A stretch of 62,531 bases of DNA, filler included, from Choristocarpus tenellus KU-1152 (taxonomy: Eukaryota; Protista; Phaeophyceae), in assembly GCA_964200185.2 (NCBI GenBank). It is 9 parts of 9 records of this genome, joined end to end, with 100 filler letters (N's around TTAATTAATTAA, not from the genome) between each part and the next. Parts side by side here need not be neighbours in the genome. Positions count along the whole stretch, not along the records: positions 1 to 4,125 come from CAXNAD020016088.1; positions 4,226 to 10,853 come from CAXNAD020007721.1; positions 10,954 to 17,356 come from CAXNAD020008208.1; 6 more parts are not named here. One strand, written 5' to 3'. Each line of letters starts with the position of its first letter. Position 1 is the first letter of the stretch. Below are positions 1-16,200 of this stretch, in pieces. Position numbers and translations under genes: made by a program. The notes beneath the pieces were generated by a model. That model made no database searches. It saw nothing but the letters and a program-made list of their open reading frames with translations, and was not told the DNA's origin.

Positions 1-178
1 CATACCCCCCTAGCATGTCATAGAACATAGCTCCTATCATACCGCTGAAAAAATCAAGTCTTTCTCACATGAAACCCACCCACAGGACATGAGGTGAGAA
101 GTGAGAAGAGCTACACTGGACAGAAAGCAACAACAAAATAGAGAATAGATCACTGGCTGGTTAGGGTATACCTTATAC

Positions 179-3999
<3,821 letters not shown>

Positions 4000-4125
4000 C
4001 TTAAATAAGGTACACCCCAAACAAGACAAAAGCATGGGGAGGAAGGAACGATGTGGGGGGGGGGGGGATGGGGCCGAAGGGGAGAGGAAAAAAAAAGTTT
4101 GGGGGAGAGGGAAAAAAACTGGAAA

Positions 4126-4225
4126 NNNNNNNNNNNNNNNNNNNNNNNNNNNNNNNNNNNNNNNNNNNNTTAATTAATTAANNNNNNNNNNNNNNNNNNN
4201 NNNNNNNNNNNNNNNNNNNNNNNNN
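4126..4225. other. Artificial contig spacer (N44-TTAATTAATTAA-N44)
   Basis: Six-frame stop linker flanked by Ns. Identical spacers at 10854-10953, 17357-17456, 21722-21821, 24849-24948, 28767-28866, 38484-38583 and 51814-51913. Confidence 0.99.
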
Positions 4226-6482
4226 TAAAGACCTGTTGAACGCAGTTCTACCCCCCCACAGACCCCCCCCCCCCCCCCCCAAAAAAAAAGAAAGAAACTA
4301 CACAGGTTAAGCAATGAACAGTGATCAGCACCACACCGTACCTCTCAATAGCGGTGAACAGTGACTAACTAGGGTAGGACACACAGCACTCTGACACACA
4401 CTACAAAAAAAAAATCCTTCCCCATCCAATCTAAACGCCTTCCACTCGTGTTGCATCAACACTATCGTACAATAACCTGCAATCACAGCAGAGAGCACAC
4501 TCTCACAAATTCTACCCTTTACCTTAATCCTAACCCTATCCCTAACCCCCAAAATGTATCACTACAAATGCAAGGGTGGACATAATCTACTCTGCAGCAT
4601 GGATGCACGTTACCATGGGGGCTCCAGTATTCTCGTGGACGCTGCTCCAGTTGTTCTTAACCTTCTTGAGAGCATCATAAGTCAACACCACACCCCGATC
4701 TACATTACGAGGAAAAAAGCGCTCCAGCTGGAAAGAAAGGAAAAAAATGGATTATTTTTTTTCCGGATCGACCAATAAAAAAAAAAAAATGTTTTTGGAC
4801 CGATCACACAACAAACGGCAGAGCATCAGTCCCACAAGTCCATAGCAGTTCCAAATTGTCACAATCAGCATCAACAAAAATAAAATAAATACACACACAC
4901 ACAGAAACAAATAAATGAGTAAATTAATTAAAATGGTGGCAGGATTTGTGGGATGCTACGAAGGCATGAGGGGCAAAATTGAAAATGGAAGTAAACTTGT
5001 GGATAGTCGTAACTGTCGTTGTAACTGTCACTGTAACTGTCATCGGACACCACTCCCACTGCACAAACCAAAGCAATAGACCCAGCAGGGCTAAGTTAAA
5101 AAAAAAATGAAAATTTTGTGGAAGAGTGCAGCGCACCGAAACCGCCTCCTAGAGTTGGACATAAGAAAAAATTACGATGGGTCACGAGACTTCAATACAG
5201 CTCTGTTCATAGAAAAAAAAAAAGTAGAAAATATCAAGATTTAATTTGACATCAGAGTAGGAAAAAAAAAATGTCTACAATAGCCAATGTACAACATGGA
5301 GGATCTCGTAGCTGTATGCAGGCCAAAAAGGTAACCCTGACACTGAGGTGATGTGCACACACGATCTACACCCTACCCCTTCAAATAGGTGCATCTCAAT
5401 AAGTAGTGAGATGACGTGTAATTTAAGGGGGGGGGAGTAAAGTTAGGGTTAGGGTAGACAAAGAAAAAAGAATTGAGAAAGACTCATTAAACGCCTCCGG
5501 TACTACTACTAACAGAGTCCGAGCAGCAACTTTCACGTTCCACTTTTAAAGGTGTCTAGCACACGTGCCTGGAGCAGTGCACAAACGAGGGTCCCGGGGA
5601 GGTGTTCTTTTACTGCACCTTCAAAAATCTGGTCACGCCTCCCAGTTTTTAGAACACCCACAGGAGAGAGTAACACAACAAAAAAAACAATTGAATCGCA
5701 AGAGGTAATCGCAAGAGGTACAGGCCCTCTATAACACAGCTTACGTATCTTCTAAGAGATGTGCGCAGTCTCATCTCAACACCAAGGTATTACATTGATT
5801 TTTTTGTTAACAAACAATACTCCTACTCCTGGAGTACTGAACATTTTCATGATCAACGAAATTACACATGTAAAAAAAAAAGAGAAGCCAACAATACACT
5901 TTCGTTTCAAGCCAACAAAATTTCTCTGCAACAGTGCAACACCTCGTGTCTTCTCCTACTATACATACACAATCTACAATCCAGACCCTAACCCTAACCC
6001 TAACCCTCAAAAGCAAAGCGTAGGTGGTTAGGGTTATGGCAACATTCGCGTGACGCGGCAAAGGTCCGTTTCCATCAGCGCGGTTGATTCTCAAGTGTGA
6101 GGTACGAGAAGCACATGAACGACACATAGTGACATACAGTGATACATACTATGAACACTTCAATACTTGACGTCTCATACGCATGTGTGTACAATGTTTT
6201 GCAACAAGTGGGGCGGAATCAAGCGAACACTCCATGGGGTTTTCACCCCTGCACAGTATGTATAATTTAATCCCTGTAATATTTCAGCCAAATTTGTCCC
6301 ACGTTGCATACATGCCACCCCCTATTTGCGTCCTTCTTCCCATTCTCAAGTACATTCTCGTTGTCGACATAAGGGTACAGAGGGTGTACCACATGCAAGG
6401 GTACAATTGTGAAAGACAAAATCCGGGTGGCATTGGATTTCCAGGTTACTGAAACATACAATTCTCTTCACCTCAATTTAGC

Positions 6483-6514
6483 TAACCCTAACCCTAACCC
6501 TAACCCTAACCCTA
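6483..6514. repeat. Interstitial telomere-type (CCCTAA/TTAGGG)n microsatellite
   Basis: (taaccc)x5 here; shorter tracts near 1181, 2831, 2931, 4530, 5443, 5985 and 61514. Confidence 0.8.
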
Positions 6515-8948
6515 ACACTGGTGACATTAGCGCCTGCCAATGTTCTCTTCCATCCGAGTAGCAAAAACTGTGCATCATTAGTAAAGGTGTGTCTTTTGAA
6601 GCATCAATTGCCATCATTGCCAAGGGTGCCTCCTTTCAACTGAGCACCCGCTATTGTGATGCTTGCTCAATGGTCAAACATATGTTACTGGGCAGAGTGT
6701 AGTTGTTGCAGGTATTCTCTTGAATCAAATGAGGTCCGATTTAACCCTTTCCCTACAGCAACAACACGTCAGAAGACAACCCAGAACGGTCCCTTGCAAA
6801 AACTTTGAATAAGAACATGTCAATTAATGTTGAAAATCTCGCCAATTTCCTCTACAGTCACTATGAAGAAGAACGCCAGGTAAACTGCAACAACGAGAAA
6901 CCAAATCCGACCAGATCAACAATAAAGTATGCACCACACTAAACTTCCAATACAACCCATGTACAGTTTGTTTTCCTGCTCGAATCAGTACAAATATTGT
7001 GGCACGCAACATCTACAAGACTACACACCTACTGCACACAAATAACCATATTTAGTCTCAACTGACCGAGCCAGACGTACACCGCATGGTAAGGTTCATC
7101 AGCAAAAAAGCACCAAGGACTCCCTCATCTCTTGATCGACATGGACTGAAATCTCATTCATTCAGGATATCATGGTTGAGTCTACGTAGGACTTAGACGA
7201 AGTCATAAGACTTAACTGTTGCTCGCACGAACCAAGTACTCCAGATTATGCTATTTCTGTCTTCTAAAGGAATTTTTTTTCGCAAGTTCGAAAATCGACA
7301 TACGATGTCTAGCGCTAGAGAGTTCTTATCCCAATTTTCTCATAAATAGACTCGTGACAATCCCTTCCACAAACCCAAGAAGGTGCAAAACTCAAATAGC
7401 CCTTAGTGTTGTCTACATCAATTTTAAGAAGACCCAAAGGATACCCCCATCATTTTTAAACGTAGGGCTTTCTGACCCTCATGAACCTGCGAATTGAGAG
7501 CCCTGTGCAAGCTATGATTTTGTTATGTACAAGCACCGCCCTACTCCACAGAACCGAATTATAGAGGCTGGAGTGAGGGGCAACGTTTTGAATCGTAGTG
7601 AGCCTAGGTTAGACACGAAAACACCAATGCCTCACTAGTTCTGATAAAGGTTAAAATTAAGATGATGTGATTCTCTGCAAGATACAGAAGCTGTCAGAAA
7701 CATTGTGACAGGATGCCTAAGTGTAAGTTGAGTCATGGCAGAAAATAAAAGCGGGATAATCGAGATCTTGTTGAGAGTGTGAGACTCCAACTAGTATTGC
7801 ACGCATACAGCTCGAATAGATCGTTCCGATAAAGCGGAAGGAATCTATCATCAAAATGTTGCTTATGTCTGATTGCCAGGTGGGGATATGTTTGACGATT
7901 AATGGTAGGACACTCACTTGCTTCTTGGCGTTGTAGGATATCATCACATTGTCAACATCAGACAAGAACAAGGAACCTTTAGCTCCATCCCACTTGCTCT
8001 TTCCATTCACTGATATCTTCACGGAAAGGTTTGGCGCTCCCTGGCCATCGCCACCCGTGCCTGTACTCGCCGCATGACCCATCAATATCGAAGTCTTCAC
8101 GCCTCCCAATTCTCCTCACTGGCCTCCTAAGACCCTTCCTTTAATCTTTCTGTTTTAAAGTCTTTTCTGCCGTTGTCTCTCCTGAGGGAGACAGGGCTGT
8201 CCCCCTCAGTGGACCCCTTCAACCCCTACTCCTTGCCACTTTGTTGCCTATCGCAACTCGAAAACCTTAGAGTGTGTGAGGTTATAAAAGAGATTAGTAG
8301 TCATCACCAGGAAGGAAGAAGCAAGAAAAATATATTGTTTCGATTGCACTTTGTATTTATGAATCGATTGTTGATAGTTGAGAATATATTAATTGTGTGT
8401 CATCTCCCCAAGAGTGATGAGATATTTAAAAGGGGAGAGGGGAATCTTTTATCTTTTTCAAGCTTTTTTGGAGATATTTTGCTTTACTTCGTAGATTGGA
8501 GATATTGCAGGATTTTCGATCGGAATGCCAAACGAACAAAAACTCTTTAGAACACAACAAAAGTAAACAAACGTTTTCACACTAAATTAACACTTTCACA
8601 CTATGCCCTTCTTTATGAATACTGTTGAGCGTGTAAGGTACCAAATATTTCTTGTTAGAAAAAGGAGACTCCTCTTCACAAAGCGTAATGCTCTTGTTTG
8701 TAAGAGTCTAATACAATGAGCAACTCTCAATCATTGATGTTTGGGGGTATGTTGTAGGTTGAAAATTGAAACAAGATTTGACATAACTTATAGAGGAATG
8801 TAACCCCCAAAATAATGATAGAAGTTAGGGTTATTATTGCATCATAATCGACGTTGAGGGATGAAACACAAGACAAAAAACCAATCATTGATGTTACATG
8901 TAACTAGTTATGGTTGATGATACAAAAAGTCTAACATAAAAGTAGTTA

Positions 8949-9345
8949 CTGGATGAGCTGACTACACACATCGTGGAGGGGAGAGGAACTGGAGGCTATG
9001 GCGGGAAAGGAGCGGTCAAATGCCGACTATTATGTCAAATCGTCTCCGTAACAATGCAGATGGCACTGTCTAGATGTGTGATGCTTTTTAAGCTAGAGTC
9101 ACTAGGGAGATGGGCAAGTAGGGGTTTGTTGGATTCTTGGGATGCCTCCCTAGCTCTTCACCCTAGAGTGAAGAAATAGGTAGATTGGAGGCACAGGAAG
9201 GTAGTGGTACAACATAGAAGTGAAATGACAAATAAATTAGTGTTTCTCACATTTGTGACATACGTTATTTCTTTAGGGTCTATACTGACATGTGAATAGT
9301 TTTCATTGTTTTTTCCCCTGACACATCTGCAAAATACCAGAGGTG
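8949..9345 (+). mobile_element. 5'-truncated 3' end of an RLE-type (CRE/NeSL-like) non-LTR retrotransposon
   Basis: Encodes LDEL..HIVEGRGTGGYGGKGAVKCRLLCQIVSVTMQMALSR, resembling the C-terminal tail of a restriction-like endonuclease ORF, followed by a conserved 3' UTR. Homologous copies at 10760-10853, 38716-38815, 52020-52290 and 53262-53737. Confidence 0.7.
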
Positions 9346-10759
9346 TCGTGAGGCAGGGTACAATCTTTTGTGGGGGGTTTTGAGAATCACCAGTTGTGTC
9401 AAGTTGGGTTGCTTCCAGCAAACCCCAAGCTGTCTCAGCCATCAAATCTTAGGAGAAGTTTGAAGGGAATCCCAGTTCCGCCAGATGACGTCACATCTTG
9501 GTGATCGTCAATGGCAAGAGGTCTGAGAATTCTCAAGAAGTTCTCTGTGTTTGAGGTGGGTGGGAACATCACCAATGACAAAGAAAAGTGCGCGCAATGC
9601 ACTTGTGTGTGTGCGCGGATGTGTATCTGGACTGAGATCAGCTCCCAAAGGGATCTACCTACCTGTCCGTCACAGAGGGCATAATAATATAATAAGAGTA
9701 GTTGTATGCTTAGGAAAGTCTGATATCTGATATAGATTCTCGCTAAAGCAGCACCTAAGAGGTAGCTGAAGGAGACACTCAGTCTCGTCACTAACTGCTG
9801 ACTAGTTCTCTCTTCATTTTCGTTGGGTATGTATTTCTTTCTCTTTGTGTGATGTCATCTGATTTTGATTAGACTATTTAAGTGGAATACTTTTGAGTGT
9901 TCTATTTTTCTTCTCACTTTTTCATGAGTTGGTGAAGGCTGAAGACCGCTTCTTTTGTCCCATGCCCAATTATTCGATAACACTTTTCATAGTACGTTTC
10001 GTCGTCCTTTTCTATCTACTTCCATTACTTTCTTCAATTATGCACTTTTATTTCTTCTACAATGCCATTTTCACAACCCCGCTTTGCCGACAGACAGGGC
10101 AGGCAGATTATTGGAGGAAAATACTTCATCTAAGGATGTTTTTTTTTACAATTATGACGGCAATTTTTGTGTATTTCAGTTAGGAAATATAGGGATTTTT
10201 CGGGGACTGAGGGAAGAAATAATTCAATTTTTTCCTCTAACAATGTTGTGTATATATATTATTACAAGGTTATGAACATTTCAAAGACAATAGTTAAGGA
10301 TCAAAATCAAAGCTAATATAACCTTTAATTAAATATATACACATTTCCTCCCATGTTTTACTATACACTCACTATCTTCCAAATATGTCAGAAGATGTAG
10401 AAGCGAAAGACGAAAGAACACTAATAAAAAATTGAAGAAACTACAAGAAATTCTTTTACAATTGAGTTACAACACTTTATATAACATAACTACAAATTTT
10501 ATTATTATACTCTTTAGAGGAAAATCCATATTTTGTATATTATGATGAATTAAACCATACAATCATACACTCTTTTTTATTATGCTCTGTCACACATTTT
10601 GTAGTTGTGTGAGAGGAAAAATCATTGAAAACTATTCACATTTCAAAAAAATACATATCATACGTTCTTATATTATTATGACCTCTCACATTTTCTAGTT
10701 GTGTGAGGGAAAAAATCATTGAAACTATTCACTTTTAAGACAAAACCCTAACCACAACA

Positions 10760-10853
10760 CCTTTGCGGTGGAAAGTTTTGGGCGCCTCGGATGAGCTGGC
10801 TACCCACATAGTAGGAGGGAGAGGAGCGGGAGGATATGGCAGGAAAGGAGTAG
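10760..10853 (+). mobile_element. Fragment of the same RLE non-LTR family, cut by the contig end
   Basis: cctttgcggtggaaagttttgggcgc...ggatgagctggctacccacatagtaggagggagagg = PFAVESFGR...DELATHIVGGRG. Confidence 0.65.
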
Positions 10854-11507
10854 NNNNNNNNNNNNNNNNNNNNNNNNNNNNNNNNNNNNNNNNNNNNTTA
10901 ATTAATTAANNNNNNNNNNNNNNNNNNNNNNNNNNNNNNNNNNNNNNNNNNNNGGTTGTGGAGGATCATCCCCTGCTTATAATATACAAGACGAAGGGGG
11001 GGGGGCGCCCTCTCACGGGCACTGACAAGTATCTCAGATGTTGTCAGGACATGATTCTTCTCGCGCACAACAGTGGGACAGAGTTCACATGCAACAAGCG
11101 AGTCACGATTCATCTCCTGTTGTACTCCAAACCATGTGTGACGTCGAATACCAAGGTGCTGCAATGGACATCCCCATGAGGGCCCTCCACTTCCTCGTTA
11201 ACAGGTTCGTTAATAATGTCACACACACCCTTCTTCACGGTAGCAGGGACCTTTTTTGTACAGGTGTAGAACATCGTTAAACAGTAACACAACAAGCTGG
11301 GTGACGATTCAGGGGCGTCAAACCATACCACGAGTGACCTTCCACAAATCAGTATGTTAAGCAAGTCTCGGTATATTTTACTCTTTTGTCAGGATTTCGT
11401 TTGAAGAATCTTAATGATTTGGAGTCTTCAACATGTTTGAGAGATGTATTTGGCATTGAGGTGCCAGAAATTCTGTTGGCCTGACACTATTGTGATGTTG
11501 AGAAACT

Positions 11508-12400
11508 CTAGTATCGTCCTGGAAGGTCGCTATCATCCTCATGTGGAAATATCCTAACCCTTTCCCCATCAGCCATCAGTAAAACCAGGTTCATCCACAC
11601 ATAATATCGAGTTCGCCATGGAAGCCTACACACCACGTTTCCGGTCCACTTGATCGCAAACAAAGTCCATTCTCCATACCTTTTGCCACGATTTAAGCTT
11701 GGGCTTATCCAGCGGCGATTCAGCATGGCCCCCATATCATCTAACCACTTGTTTACACATAATGTTTACACATAATATCGAGTTCGCCATGGAGGCATAC
11801 ACACCACATTTCCGGTCCACTTGATTGCAAACAAAGTCCATTCTCCATACCTTTTGCCACGATTTAAGCTTGGGTTTATCCAGCGGCGATTCAGCATAGC
11901 CCCCATATCATCTAACCACTTGTTTACACATTACACATAATATCGAGTTCGCCATAGAGGCATACAAAGTCCATTCTCCACACCTTTTGCCACGATTTAA
12001 GCTTGGGTTAATCCAGCAGCAATCCAGCATAGCCCCCATATCATCTAACCATTTGTTTATGGTGCTCATGCTATAATTCAGCCCCTTGGCAACCATCTTC
12101 TTTGTCACCTGACGGACTATGGATGACCGATTATCGGAGCTAATACTATATGTTGCGGCCATCTTAGTGGGTGTGAGCTCCGAAGGCCGCCCACTACGTG
12201 CCGCCACCCCTAGGTCAAGCGTGTGGCCACAGTCAAGCTAATGGGCGACATCCTCCCAGAGCCCTCACATGTAACGCTTAGACACTCCAAACTCCGCTGC
12301 AAGGGCTGGCCCAACGTGTCGCGGCAGTTTATGCTCACAAGGGATCATCGCAAGGGTGTGCCGCACTGCAAGCGCAACCCTGGTATTCAGGGACACTTGG
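11508..12400 (-). mobile_element. Decayed mariner-like transposase relic with an internal ~170-bp triplication
   Basis: Homologous to 58380-59220 (RSGRPSELTPTK, KGLNYSMSTINKWLDDMGA, MADGERVRIFPHEDDSDLPG). The segment 11598-12060 consists of three copies of one unit; frameshifts are present. Confidence 0.75.
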
Positions 12401-13264
12401 GTACCCTTCCTTCGCAGGGGGGTCGATGGGGGGGTTGCCATGCCAACGTTCTCACCCTTGACGTGCCCAGTCTTGGTCTCAAAATCACCCCAAAAGACCC
12501 CTACTTTGACGGCTTGAAGCTCGAGTTTGTACCCGATGATCCTCGACCCCCACCTTTTCTGAAAACTGAGATTGTCAACCCGATTTCGATCTGTGGGGTT
12601 AACGTCCAATTCGGTGCTATTCTTGCTTGGCGAGCCCATATGTTTCACGGCACAAACTTATGGCACAGAGGTAGTAGTAACTTCAAAATAACTGTATGAC
12701 CAAGGCGCCCTCCAAGCTAGAATTACGGATACCAATATGATACTTCTGGCAGGCTGTGAAAGAAGGGGGGGTGTACTGTAAACGAGTCAATGGCAATACT
12801 ACTGTGCATGGCAAACTATCAGTGTAGTATTTTGTCTGTGCCCAGCACCTTTGGATCACTGGGCACAAGGAGGACATGGTGCTGGAGGTTCTTGGGTACA
12901 ATTCATGTTAGGATGAGCCAGGGTGGGGGTTGTGCAATGTAGTTCAATGCTACAGAGCAATGTGCAGTGCTCAGCAATACTACTTATCCCTTCTGGGGGT
13001 CTGGTGCTCCATATTCCTAGAGCATGAGGCTCCTTGGTATGACCCAACTAAGCGAAAATATATTCATTGGGATCTGATGTCTTACACATTCATACAAAGT
13101 GGCTGGCAGGGTGTTCAGAACATTTTTTTTTAAGTGGGTCAGACCTGGCAGCCAATATAGAAAAAACAAACTCTGAACCATCCATTCAATAGCCCTTGGA
13201 AAAAATGTGGACAATAGGTAGGTGAAATATAAACTATTCAAAGCTTTGCCTCTAGCAAAACTAC

Positions 13265-16200
13265 TCAATCAGGCCACACTCTACCTATGAAGTCTTTCTT
13301 GCTTTCCATACTGGGGTACACTTTCCAAAGTTTAATACAGTCATCAAGAAGTTGCCCAAGGTTACGGTAGGTCTCTGTAGTCCCTTCCACTACCATGTAA
13401 CAAACCTTTGGTTCTACGTGTATCAAGGAGTGCTGCACAAAATTGGATACACAGGTTCTCGCTTGTACTGTTGGTGTCTTCTGTGCCTGGCATTGATTAT
13501 TTGATGCAGAGTTCCAAAGTTAAGAGGTTTACAAAAAAAATTAGAAACATATCACATCAAAAAGGATGCAGGTAAAAAATGAACCAGTTTGGTGCCCATA
13601 CTGAGGACACGCAAATTAGGAAAGAGCCAATGTGAATGAGTGGTAGAGACACAATTGACAGGATGATACTGGGAAAATAGCAACATTGTAGGAGGATCTA
13701 TAACAGTTGCGGAGCCTTAATGAAGCAAGGGCAATCAATGTTGCACAAATGTTAGCAGAAAAATATTCACTATTCGGCCCCATCCCATACAGCACCTTGT
13801 CGGTGAAGCTCAACACCAGGACACCTGGTTTGGTCTCACTGAAGCGTAGCAAGAAGGTTCCACTATCCTGGTCCAGGAGCAAGCGCTCAGCCTTATACCG
13901 CCCCACAAAACCAAAGATAGCATGAGAGCTCCACTCATGTTGCAGAAGCAGGAGCGTGGAAACTAGAGGTCCCCACCACTTGGAGAACTCCACATATGCT
14001 CCCAGGCTCTCAAGGCCGTTGCCATTCCTCTCCAACATGTTCTGGACAAATATAAGGTCATCTTCATTCATCCCACGCGGCTGCCCCAGAATTTGTCCGT
14101 AGCCATATTCCTGATGGTTGACCAAATTCCCCAGTTCACCTCCACACCCCTGTAAACCATATGACCCCTCTACCTCCACAACTGCGGCTGTGCTGGGTAT
14201 GGTCAAGGTTCTACAGAGGTGGTGCTGAAGTTGCTTTGAGAGGTTATCCCACAATGCCCGATCACACTGGTCATCCTCCTTCCCCCCACCCCCATGAATC
14301 ACAGCACCTACCCATGCCAGGAGGCAACCTTTGTCCTGTATTCCTTCTCTACATGCCACTTCCCACACACGTTTTCCTGCTGAACTCATGGATAATGGCG
14401 GCTCCACAACACGAAACTCCGCAGCACCCGATCCCACCCACGATCTGGTATCACTTCTGTCCCCCTGCAGATCCCCCAGCGTTGATAATGCCGAAGGCAT
14501 GTTGCTGTTGGTAATCGAGCTAGGAGGGTGTGATAAGCTGGATAAACAATTTCCAGGGGATACGTTTGGACAAAACCCAAGCAACAACCTGGATAGTGAC
14601 AAGTGATAAGGGGAGCACAAGGTGAAGGGCCAAATTAATTCCAGTACAATTATAGGGTAGTGTCACGTTATACATCAGCACAAACAATCAAGCCTGGGTA
14701 CCTGCTGCTTGGCTTCAACCATCATCCTACTGGTTGATTGTTGCATAGAACCATGGTAGGGTATTATTACCCATACCATCACAACCTCTCATCTAATTCA
14801 AAATCTCTCCATACATCTTTACGAAATTAATGTGTGAGTCAACAAGCCGTAGACGTAAGTGGACATTTGGAAAGTCAATTTCATCAATGTCACTGCTTCC
14901 ATCTACACCCCATACCACCCAATTCCCCCCCCAACCCCCATTCGACACCTATGATTCAATGCTCCATGCCCCTACCATCTTCTACCAACTTTACCAAAAA
15001 TGACCATAACACGTAAGTACGTTCTGCATTCCCTGTATCTATCCAGTTCATTTCCCCTCGTCCAACTCACATCTCAGCCAAATCTTCACAATTAGAGAGC
15101 CCACGATCGTAGAGGCAGGGCGCTAGTTGCTTCATTGTTCCAGGGTGACCTCTAGCATTTAACAGGACCTTGTGGTTGGCCAGAGCATTAAGAACTTCGT
15201 TGTGGGGGGCTTTATTTTCCAAACCCAACTCCGAGTATGTAAAGTCTCGCGGCATGTGATCCAATAGAAACTGTGCTGAGTGCATTCTGGTCAACGGTTC
15301 AACTCGTAGGACCTGGGAGACATGGAGGTGGGCAAGGTATTACTCTATGAGTGTGAAAACCTACAGAGTGTAACGTAGGCCTTCACTGAGAGATCCACAG
15401 CAAGGAGGGGGGGGGGGAAACCTGCTGCTGCCTTGGGGCGACATAGAAAGTCGTCATAGTTGCAAAGCTTAGCAAGCGGTATCTTACCCTCAAACTAAAA
15501 GTGGTATCAATAAAAAGTTGTAGGTGGTCACTCATTGATTACCTCACATGCAAAAAATATATATTATAGAGAAGTATAAAAATATTACTAGGATTACTTT
15601 GGGGTGTACTGGCAATGAGAAAAAATTGGCGTGTGAGACACTGTACCACAACAGTTTCCATAGAAAACGCGGAAGAGACAATGCTCGATTTCTGTTTTGT
15701 TGTTAGGAAAACATCATAAAACGGAACGATTCTGCACCATTGCTCAAGGCTGCCCCTTCAACAAGAGCTCCTGCATTCAAGACTCATTTTCATAGTGTCC
15801 TAAGTGGCCATTGGTCCTCGCACATCACCTTTCATTTCATTGCTATTGAATAACAATATATACTACGTAACATACATACACCATGGTACATATATCGTCC
15901 TGTTCTGCATCTACACAAGCCCAAACATCGTGAAGGCAGTGAAGAATAGGGGGATTCACACACAATATCACCGTCATGACTGACAGTACAATCCCTTGCC
16001 ACTGCAGTTACTAAGGGTCATCCACATTGACAGAAAAGGTCGAACTGAACACAACTTGGCAACATATTGTTCCAAAACATTCAAAAAGGACCCAACATTC
16101 ACAAAATTAAAAGTCAACATTTCATATTCCCATTAGGCAATAAATGAAACCCCTCTTGTTGACAAGAGCAGCCCCCCAAGGTCTTGATACTGTGACCACA

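Noticed and set aside
4126-4225. TTAATTAATTAA as a biological motif; ORFs ending XXX-LIN
   Set aside because: Artificial linker between contigs.
4440-5160. Possible - strand exons (GGGF/DRGVVLTYDALKKVKNNWSSVHENTGAPM/VIVR*)
   Set aside because: Plausible splice sites, but no recognisable family and no upstream exons could be linked.
7717-8109. 130-aa ORF with a donor-like gtgagt near 7917
   Set aside because: Upstream in-frame stop, no clear acceptor and no recognisable domain.
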